A stretch of DNA of 64,000 nucleotides from Lingula anatina (Eukaryota > Animalia > Brachiopoda): NCBI GenBank assembly GCA_051362555.1, contig CM120645.1:22816001-22880000 (forward strand), written 5' to 3'. Positions within the stretch are counted from its first letter, which is position 1, and each line of letters begins with the position of its first letter. Of the stretch, positions 54,101-64,000 are shown one piece after another. The translations under genes were made by a program, and so were the position numbers. The notes beneath the pieces are model-generated. The model was not told the origin of the DNA, searched no databases, and worked only from the letters and a program-made list of their open reading frames with translations.

Positions 54101-55030
54101 CTCTTTCCACCAGGCTTAATGTAAATGAGTATATCACAGAGAGGAAAACAAAAATGAGCTCGACTTCATTCATGGATATACATACTGCAGCCTCTCCCTA
54201 ATTCCCACGCCTATACACCCTTATTAGTTGTCAGCGGGTACTGGTTGATCTTTAGACTGAAGGTAGTACACGGAGATGGTGATGATTTTGTTGAAACAGA
54301 CTTAACCAAAGTTCTACGCAACGTGCTAAAATACTAGCATAAAATTAAAAACGCTGATTATGAGTGCCTGTCTATTTGAACTACCAGTACAACGGTTTGC
54401 GCCTGTTCGGACATACACTAGCTGTAAGACGAAATCAGTTTATCAAGCAACCATGTTCTCTAGCACAGAATCTCACTCCATCTCTCTCTCTCTCTCTTAC
54501 CTGCACGTTCGTCTTAGAATTGCTTTGTCCTTATTTTTGCCACAGTACATTATTTCTTATGTGTTGAAATGATATTCGTATTACTTATGCTGACAGGGGC
54601 ACATTTATTACATTTTAAGGCCAAGAAAAAGTATAAGTAAAAGCAACTTGCAATATATTAATGCTCAAATAGCTATAAGCAGACACCTGTTGCTCGAACA
54701 GTGAAGCATGCAACCAGACTTTCTTTGAATTAAATACTGCACCAAACGACCAGTCACCTAGCTCATCTTTGAAGGACTGTTGGAAATCTTGTTTTAATTC
54801 CTTGGACATTTTATTATTATTATTATTATTATTTTTTTTTTGATAATTAAATGGAGCTGCTTAGATCTCATTGGTTTATATCCTTTTTCCCAACTCTCAA
54901 ATTATTTGACTACTGACAGTGAAATGATTTGATTTGCTTAAATTACATTTTTTTTTTTAGATTTCACGACACCTTTATAGCCTACATGTGGACAACGCTG
55001 TTAACAGTAAAAGAAAATTTGATAGCATAG
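51135..55030. repeat. Diverged tandem duplication of a ~1.7-kb non-coding block (copy 1 ~51135-52790, copy 2 ~53260-55030)
   Basis: Colinear shared anchors, e.g. CTGCATAATGACATCAATATGAAAAAGTA (51654/53765), CAAATAGCTATAAGCAGACACCTGTTGCTCGAACAGTGAAGCATGCA (52409/54665) and CACCTTTATAGCCTACATG (52724/54970). Confidence 0.9.
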
Positions 55031-56802
55031 CAACAGTGAAAAAGCAGTAAAAGGCATGTACCACTGTATCGAGCGCAGACGTCCCTAGGTGGCGTTAGTT
55101 GTTCTATTTCGCGAAGCGCCATTAAAACTGTCCCCAGAGTATCAGATTTCAACCCGCTCTTACAATGCACGGCGTGTCTCATCTACTGCATCGGGAACAA
55201 CCCTACCTTAACACGTGATAAAGAACAGCTGTTACTTCCTTTTGGGTATTGTTTTCACAATCTACGAAAGGTCAGAAGTGAAAATTTTTAAGAGCAAACT
55301 TTTAAACTGATTTATTTTTTGAAGTCGGCAAAGGGCGGCAAGACAAAATATATGCCATGTAGAAGAACAAGGACTAAGGTTTCTAACCAACATTTCAGAT
55401 TTTTGGGCAAATTTGGGCAAATATTTTTTTTGTAATTTATTTCAACGCCCCCCCCCCCCTCGCACACGCTTGTTGTCCCCGCGGCCAGTCGAGGTCAATT
55501 TTTACTGCGTACGCTTAACAAAACTGTTACATCGCTTGCATACATCAGTTAGAAGTGATAATAACAGAGAATATCCTGATTGTGATGGGTTTGTTGGGAA
55601 TCATGGTGAAATGCACTCAAAAGTTAAAGCCTGAGTGGACTTTGGCAAGCTTCTTTGACATAATAATTTAACTCTGAGCAGGTGTTTTCATCCGTTTTGC
55701 GGCATCAATAAATTGAATAATCCTGACTCTTTTTCTTGGTTGTCTGGTTTAGCAAGGAGTTGTAACTTCTTGGGTTTAGCGTCTCTGACTGATTATAAAG
55801 GTCTTAATGGGGCCTTGACAGATTTAGTATTGATTAATTAATTAATTTTTTTTTTTTTTTGGTGTGTGTGTGTGTGATTTACATATGCTGTTAACACATC
55901 TTTGCCAAAGACTTCAAATGACCTTGACAGTGTGAATATTGTTAAGTTCTATGTACATGTAGATATTTGTGTGTAGAACTTTAGATGTAAGTATAATAAT
56001 TATATTTATATCTAGAACTTTAGGAGATGGACGTACATCGAAATAAAATTAAAAACTTTTTGAGGAAGCCAACGAGAGAATAAGTTATCCATTTTTTTGT
56101 GATTTACTAATGTTGTTTTTATATATCTCTGTGCCAAAGACTTAAAATAGCTCAAGTTCCCTTTTAAAACTTACTGTCATTTGTATTGATATATTATATT
56201 TACTTTTTATATATGCAGACTTCTGTAGTATAGTTGGACCAACAGCTTTTTAAAACTACAATTATCAGTTTTGTGGTGCAAGAATTCCCTATAACAGTGG
56301 TCAAATCACATTTGTGTATTCTTTACTTTAATTGGTAGACAAATTGGAAGCACAAATATTGTTACAGATAATTCTTATACTTTTTCAATATAATCTTGGA
56401 TCAGAAAACTCTGTTATGTCACATGAATTAAAAAAATTAAGTCTATCATTCATACGTGGCAAGTTAATTTTCAATGATATTTAAGCTTTGAAACATTTAT
56501 GCATTACTAATAGGTTTAAATAGTAGTATGGCAGGTGCTACATGTATATAGCTTGATTTATTTTCTTTCAAGCTCACCAGATATTGTTTTCTGACATGAA
56601 ATATATAATTAAATTTTGGTTTATACTAATATCAAGACAACTGCTGGAGAGAGAGAATTTTATTACAAACTGCCTTATCAGCATTTATAAACAGGGGTGA
56701 TGGAAATATGCATGGGGGTAACATCCTCAGAAGTGGGGGCATTTTTATTTTTTGCAGGAAGTTTATCATAAAAGAAAATTATGTGCCTTGTACATACTAT
56801 AT

Positions 56803-57272
56803 CCCAGCAGGCACACAACGTTGATTCAACGTTGAATCAACGTTGAATTTATGTTGAGACGTTGATAAACGTTGAATCAATGTTGATTCAATGACCATAA
56901 TTCAACATTGGCATTTCAACGTTGATTCAACGACAACAAATTCAACGTTGATATTACAACATTGATTCAACGTTGATTCAACGACAACAAATTCAACGTT
57001 GGCATATCAACATTGATTCAACTTTGATTCAACGACAACAAATTCAACGTTGACATTTCAACATTGATTCACCTTTGATTCAACGACAACAAATTCAAAG
57101 TTGGCATATCAATCAACATTGATTCAAGTTTGAAGTAAGATTGAGTTGATAAACCAACAATATTTCAACTTTAATTCAACTTGCATTTTTGAATGTTGAT
57201 GTTTGAGTAAGTTTTTCACCTTGATTCAACATTGATTCAATCATATTGAACTGACAGGTGCCGAGTCTGGTA
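56803..57272. mobile_element. Non-autonomous DNA element starting CCCAGCAGGCACA with TTCAACGTTGA-based internal tandem repeats (~51-bp period)
   Basis: Dense palindromic TCAACGTTGA motifs; 51-bp units at ~56941, 56992, 57043 and 57094; right TIR not intact. Confidence 0.7.
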
Positions 57273-59857
57273 AAGTTAAAAATTTCCCTGCTGTCACAAC
57301 TACCACAGTGATTATGCTGTGGCACAACTATCACAATCTACCACCTCGTCTGCCTTCTCCAGACATTTGCTGTCACAACTACTGCAATTACTTAATAATT
57401 TCCCTTTGTGGGTCAAAATTATAAACATATTTACTTGCCATTGCAGATCACTCTTTGTCTCTTAATTTATCCCCAAATTGTGCAAAGGAGATAACTTAAT
57501 GGCTCTGTTGCCAGCTCCTCTAGGCGTAGCACAGTTTGTCAGTATTGGTTGTAAATCGTGTATAAGACAACCGCAGATGGCTGCAGTGTCATTGTTCATA
57601 TTGTACATTACAGAGTAAACCCATTCTACCTTATCATACAGCATGATGGATCCCGCGAGATTGCGCATGCACACTGGAAGCATCATGTGTTTGTGAACTT
57701 GAAAAGCGTCTAGTCGACCTTTTCATAGCTCGATTGTTTACATTAATTATGCCACTACATTTATAAATGACTTTATTGCCAATAGATTTATCCCATTATT
57801 TGCATCATGTGTATTGCCATTTATAATAGAATACACATGATGTGAGCATTATTGGAAAGTCTCCGCAAACAGCAGTTCTGGAGGTTAATACTTCTCTTAG
57901 GTGTCTAATGTTAGATTTTTCTACCAAAAACTCAAAGGAAAATTTCTGGGTAGAAAACAATAATTTATTCCATAAATTGCCCATTTCACAAGTTGATGCT
58001 TTATAGCCCAAGAAATGACAACTGATTTTTACCAAGGATTGTAGATATACTAAATAACATAAATACACAACAAAGATCGTTACTTATATGGTATCACTTA
58101 TCCAATCAGAAGAAAGGTCTGCACTCCGTTTTGTAAAGAAAATATAAGGAAGATTATTCAACATGCATAATGTGTCTTATAATTGAGTTACATGTCTGGA
58201 AGATACCTGAGACCTCATCAAATTATATCTTTTGGTAGGCTTTTAGGTAAAGTTTGTGGACTTGGTAAGAAAAAAGTATGATGTCTGATTCATACTGCGA
58301 TACTTGGCTGTCAACCTAATACCAAAAATCAAATGTGAATTTCTTCTTTCTCAGGACAATAAATGGGCCAATTTGTGCACCAAAAACTATGAAATATACT
58401 GACTAGGTGAGACTGAAGACTAAAATTACAAGTTTTTACATTTATCACACAAATAAAATAAAATATTTGTACAGACAATATTCACAATAAGGAACATAAT
58501 ATTTAATATTCCCATTTTGTCATACCTGTGCAATGAATTCAAGGACCAATTTTACACCTGCGTACCTGACCAGGGCTAAATTCGGGTCACCTTCTGAGAA
58601 AACCACCTGCCAGGCAGCAGAGCGCTTTCAGAAAAAAAAAATTTACAAAGAAAGGGATGGGCTGACAACAAAACAACAGAGACTGCGTATGTCGTAAGTA
58701 TTGTACACAATAAATAAAAGCAACACGAATCAATAATACAAGCTGTACATGACTTACACTACTCATGGATATCTCCTTTGGAAATTGAATGCAGTAGCAT
58801 TAAATAGATATCAATAATTGTAAATTAACTACAAATTTGACCAATAGTACAGTTTCATACATAATGACTCATGTCATTTCCATTATTCGTCCATGTAACA
58901 AAAGCATGTATTGGTCAAAATTTCTAAAATACTCTGAACTGGCATTGCTATACCATAAGCACCATGCAGAACCAAATTCTATCAAACAATTATACCAGAT
59001 CATGTGTAGTAATATGAATAGCTTACCAGCTGGAATTAACCCAAGAAAGATAAACTGTATTCTACTGTATGTCATGTCTGTATTACAATAAAACACACAC
59101 TTAAAACTTTAATAGCAAGTATGTGTACATACTTGCAGCAGATGGAGCATTCACTTGACGCTTGGAAATAGAACCTCTTCATTTTCTTCTCCCTTTCCAA
59201 CCCCTTTCTCCATTATGCAGTAGTCTTTTAAAATAACTGATTGTCTTAACATTTATCAAGCTTTAAATAGTCTGGTTAAATGACCCCCCCCCCCCCCTTG
59301 ATAACCACCACATTTGAGCAGATTAAACATATTACCATGGTTACAAATTTTAACAGTAACCACACCAATTTTTTATCACGCACAGAAACAGTTGACTATA
59401 AGCCCTATCTTAAAAAAATTTTGTCATTACATCATCTTGGAAAAATGTGTAGCATTCAAGATACGTTTAGTTACTGAGGGTGTTGAAATATTATTTAAAT
59501 TGGTTTTACAGCAAATCTTCATTTATATGTTATTGTATTATCAAATGCAGAACTATTCAATAGTAACACAATTTTGTTTGGACTCTTCTTAAAATTGGTG
59601 GATGAAATTACTAATTTCACTTAATTAGCTGTAAAAAATCTCATTTTTTAGCATACCTTTCAAAGTTGTCTCAATTTTGTACAAATTACTGCAGCCAAAA
59701 CCTGGTGTGAACAAACCATTGCCCTGTCATTGACCAGCAGTAGACTTGATGTTAAGGTATAGTTAAAACCAGTTCTCTTAAATAGTTAACACCTCTCCAC
59801 CTGTTATAACACAGGATAATGTAATAAGTAGACTAGAATACAAAGTTACATACAATA

Positions 59858-61889
59858 TTAAACAGTTGTTACAGAAAGCAATGGACTATAAGATTTACCA
59901 TCTGTAACTTTACTTCCATGGACTAAAATCTCTTGCACAGTTGTAAAATCATCCAGCATCCTTCGCCCTTTGTGGCGCATCATTTTTCTGTGGCTCAGTT
60001 CAACTATGTTCATTTGTTTGCATTCTTCGCCTTCTTTCAGAGTCTCCATTCGCTGTTTGATCATGCTTTCTTTCTTATGCTTGTGCTCGCGTGCCCGCGC
60101 AAGATGGCGTCTCCTTTCCTCTTTGTTCCAGTAACGTCCAACTTTCATTTCGCTCATGGCATCATCATCTGTGGTCATACCACATCGCTCCTCTGTAATT
60201 TTCTTTGCACGTTCCTTCAAGCGCATGCTGCGCACAGGTCTGCGCGTGATGTATCGTGAACCATCAGCACGCTTTTTGACTACCCATTCCATCTGATTGT
60301 CACTCGTTACTGGAGTCTCAGCACGCTTACTTCCTGTAGCACTCTGGGAAGAGCTTGGTGCATTCTGGGTATTTTTCTCCCCACTATTTTGGCTGTTTTG
60401 GGAGATTGACTGGTTCGAGGATAACAAACGATTGCGCTCTTCTACTTTCTGCTCAAAAAGGCGCTGTTGCACAGCTATGGTGTGCTCCAGATGGGCATGG
60501 TTTGTGTACATAATATCTGAATATTTGGCATAGATATCAGTCATGGACTCAGAATCATTCATTGAAGGTCCATCTCGATTCTCAATGGCCGTCTGCTGAC
60601 CGTCACTAATACTGCTACTTGTTGCACTCTTGGTTTGAGCAAGGCTTTTGCCTTTATTACTTTTGTCTGAAGCCGGCTTAGGCATGTGTTGAGGCGTGGT
60701 TTGAGTAGTTTTCTCAGAGTCGCTCTGAGGTTGTGATACAGTTTGTGGGGCGTGAGAGAGACTAAGCATGGAACCCCGGAACCCCTCTTCCTTCATGAGC
60801 TCCAGAGTGAGAGGTGTGCTACGGCAACTTTCTCCCGTGTTATAGGCACTTGAATTGGAAGTGTCTTTCTCACAATCTTCAACAATCTTTTTCTCTTTTT
60901 CAACGTTTTTAATGGTGTCTTTATTACAGACTTTGACTGGTGTTGGAGAAGAGGAAATGTCTTGTCTGATCCAAATGGCTGGATCTGACTGTTGTTGTTC
61001 TGAAGTGTTTTGGTTGTATCGCAAAGACTCCATGCGCGTGCCCATGCGAGGTACAAGCCGTGGACTACGACACATTTCTGAGGTTTGCAGCGTTCTTATC
61101 TGGTTCTGAACTTTGTGTTGGTGTTGAAGATGGGCAGCGACTATCTGCTGGCACTCCAGCTGAATTTCCTCCATTTCTTGGTTTAGGATGGCAAGTTCAC
61201 GCTCAATACTGCTCTGTGAGTCTTTGCGCGAATTTGAGGTCAAAGGAGCACCTGAGGACGCCATGTTTGGATGAGAATTTTGTGTGCAACGATTCTCCAA
61301 CACTTCTCTGAATTTTTCACACTCTTCAGCTGGGATTTCATTGGCTGGGAAATCATTGTCGTGAGTGTCATTGGAGGTGAAGCTGTCATTGCTGTACTGG
61401 AGCTCGCCATTGCCCAGCTGTCCACCTCGGAACTTGGTCTTTGTTGCTGGGGACATGCATTCACTGTCAAATATTTCCTGTAAGAAGAGGAAATTGTGCT
61501 TTAATATTTGCAAAACCATGTTCAATGCCAACTGATAATGCACTTCAAGATTCATGGAATATCTATTAAATTGCATACTGTTTCAAATTGATATAAATCA
61601 ATTCTGTCTCCATATTTCGCTTTTAAAACACATATCAATTAAACTAAACTAAAATTAATCATACACAAAACACCCAAAATTTGTAATTTCTAAACAAATG
61701 GACAATGAATACCATTCAAATGAATCAATTCACAATTAATGAGCTGGAAAAACACACCTGTTCTGAGCTCTCATCATTTCTTGTGCTCTCGTCAGTGCGG
61801 CCAACTCCACTGTCTTTTTCGTGTTTCTGTGAATTCTCCGTGGTGGCAGTGTCTGTGGTCCCGCCCTCTTCGTCATTGTCATGGTGACG
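59858..61889 (-). CDS. PDZRN3: PDZ domain-containing RING finger protein 3/4 (LNX3/4) orthologue, last two coding exons; 5' part lies outside the window
   Basis: Exon 61889-61758 encodes GGTTDTATT...[22 protein letters not shown]. Exon 61477-59858 encodes [57 protein letters not shown] and the C-terminal PDZ ligand LLSVTTV. Confidence 0.93.
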
Positions 61890-64000
61890 CTACAGTAAAC
61901 AATAACAAGGTTGGATTAAATGTTTAGTTGAAAAAATTACTATGTTTTGTAAGGTAGGTAGAGTTGTTATGTAAAGAAATAGGTAAGTGTACATATACAA
62001 TACAAAAACAAGCAACAGTTCACTAGGAAGATTTTATTTGCCCCTAGACATGTTTGTTTATTAAGCAGTCTTTCCATTCAAAAAACGCATTTGTCAGGCA
62101 CAATTCAGAAAGTTTCATGTTCTGTAAAGGGGTTCAAACTTTCTGTACGTTAGACATCAAAATATTTACACCTATTCTCAGTCTGAAATTCCAAGAGAAT
62201 TTCCCAGAAAAGGACTTAAACTGTCTGTTAAACATCATCCCAAACAATTTGGAACTGTTTGTACAGGAGCATCTGAAATTGTGCTATTACGTGGAACAAA
62301 ATGCCGACCAGATGAAAAACAGGTACAAGTTGATAAAGGATGAGCTACAGGTAATTCAAATTCACTGTTCCTGGTGTAATTTGGGAAGACACCAACTAAA
62401 CAACTCCTCTTTTTGATCTAGTGTTATTTGGAAAAGCAGGGGCCACATGGGAAAACATACACAGCTCCTACTACCAGTGCACTATTCCACCTGTCTGCTG
62501 TGAATCTGTTTTATCTATGCAGCCAAGACACTCCAGGTCACCACCACCAAGTAGGTGCCCATTTCTGGGCCACTGTTTTGTCTATTCATTAGAAGCTATG
62601 GATAGGCAAAATTAAAGATACATTATTCTGCTGCAGGGCCCTATTTGTTATATATGATCCATGGTAGAGGATTTTGGTTGATGAGAGGCTGACATGTACA
62701 CTGTAAGAGCACACTGCTCCAGTGTGCACAGTATAAACAAGACCAGCTAGGATGGAAATGCCACTAAGTTCACTGGAAAAATTGAGAACTTGTGCTTGGA
62801 TTTTATTACAGTCTAATTGAAAATGCAGCCAACTCTTAGTGGTGAATGGTCTAACTCTTCCTGTTTACCTATTAAAATATTTTGACTATTACATACCTTA
62901 ACAAAAGGCTTATTAATTGCCCATACTTGTCCTTTTCAATCAATTTCAATTATCAAGTCAAAAATGTTCTAATCTTCATTTTTGTGATAAATAACTGAAG
63001 TAAGTCATGTGATAATAAGCATTCGCTTATATTTTTTCTTTCACATTGCCCTTGTATTTTCCTGTAACTATGATACAATTTGATAGAGAGAAGAGAGGAG
63101 AAGAAACAGACACCACTTATGGTTTATCCCTCACTGCCTTCAGTGACAGCATCCCTCTTCAGTAGAGCAATCAGACCAACATTCCAGGAAATTTTGTTTC
63201 AGTTAAGCCATTCAATTAGCCCAGATTGGAAGAAACAATTACTTAATAGATATGTCTTTGATCTCTGCCCCACAAGTACCACCATTCACAGATGGGTAAA
63301 TACAGGGAAACCTTGCACTCAATTATCCCATTAACTAAAACTATGTACATCTCTGGACTCCCCAGATTCCTTGGAAAACAGCAGGATGGTTTTACTATCT
63401 CAGGATTCCTTCCCTGGAATGTAGTTAATGGCTGATGGTTCAACTTTCACAAATTTCTGACCACTGACTGGACAGGACATAGGGCTATCTTTCAAGAAGG
63501 ATTGAGTGATTTATTTTTGTTTGGAAAAGAGGTGGAAATGTGTGTTCTCTGTACTTTATTTTGCCCAGACTGAGAGCACAGCAGATAAAGATGCGCACAA
63601 ACATTTACATATCGGAACCTGGTTTGCAACAAGTTGGAATGCTCGTCTTTATGGAACCCTCATGTTGATGCAACACGCCTGGGAGGTTGCATCTCTGGCG
63701 CTTCATTATTTCTCAAAATATTGAAACTTATGCTTTGGAAATGCCTTTCAAATTGCAATCAGAAGGTGCAAACTGAAATGAGCTGTATGCCCTACGTGAT
63801 GATATCTTAGCATGGAATCTTGAGAAAGCTTCAGTGTTAAGGGATCTCAAGGGAGACAATAGTTGAACATACCTGCTCTTCAAAGTCAGATAACAAAAAC
63901 TGACCTGAGCTTAATTTTTATGAAACTTTGCATGCTTTCTTTTGTCCATTGAGAGGGGGGGGGGGAGAGGTGCAGACAAAGTCACTGACATCAGTTTACA

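Noticed and set aside
56803-57250. Palindromic periodic repeats resembling CRISPR
   Set aside because: The intervening sequences are themselves repeated, the context is eukaryotic and there are no cas genes; consistent with a MITE-internal array.
59933-61483. Plus-strand ORFs opposite PDZRN3
   Set aside because: Antisense shadows of a long coding exon.
63870-63950. Possible further PDZRN3 exon ending GAAGAGCAG/GTATGT
   Set aside because: The phase-0 frame has an upstream stop, and no matching acceptor or PDZRN-like sequence was found.

Overview
AT-rich, intron-rich animal genomic DNA. Protein similarities and repeat style suggest a lophotrochozoan, probably a mollusc (inference). Six spliced protein-coding genes were rebuilt by hand from GT-AG sites with consistent exon phases. 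(1) A minus-strand LRR + ADP-ribosylglycohydrolase-like fusion with a myristoylation motif and degenerate catalytic motifs; it runs off the left edge. (2) TRABD, head-to-head with it. (3) A 16-exon, ~999-aa PH domain + divergent actin-fold fusion, with an alternative first exon. (4) PPP4R2. (5) A 4-exon secreted protein (signal peptide, Cys-rich module, 15-nt microexon, bacterial-type PPC-like domain) behind a TATA/CCAAT/NF-kB-like promoter. (6) The 3' end of a PDZRN3/4 orthologue, convergent with PPP4R2 as in vertebrates. Introns and intergenic DNA carry many MITEs, a 2.5-kb TA-flanked non-autonomous DNA transposon with an internal tandem array, a ~1.7-kb tandem duplication and microsatellites. 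Best novelty candidates: the PH-actin fusion, the LRR-pseudo-ARH fusion and the kB-associated secreted PPC-like gene. All family calls are by eye, without database searches.
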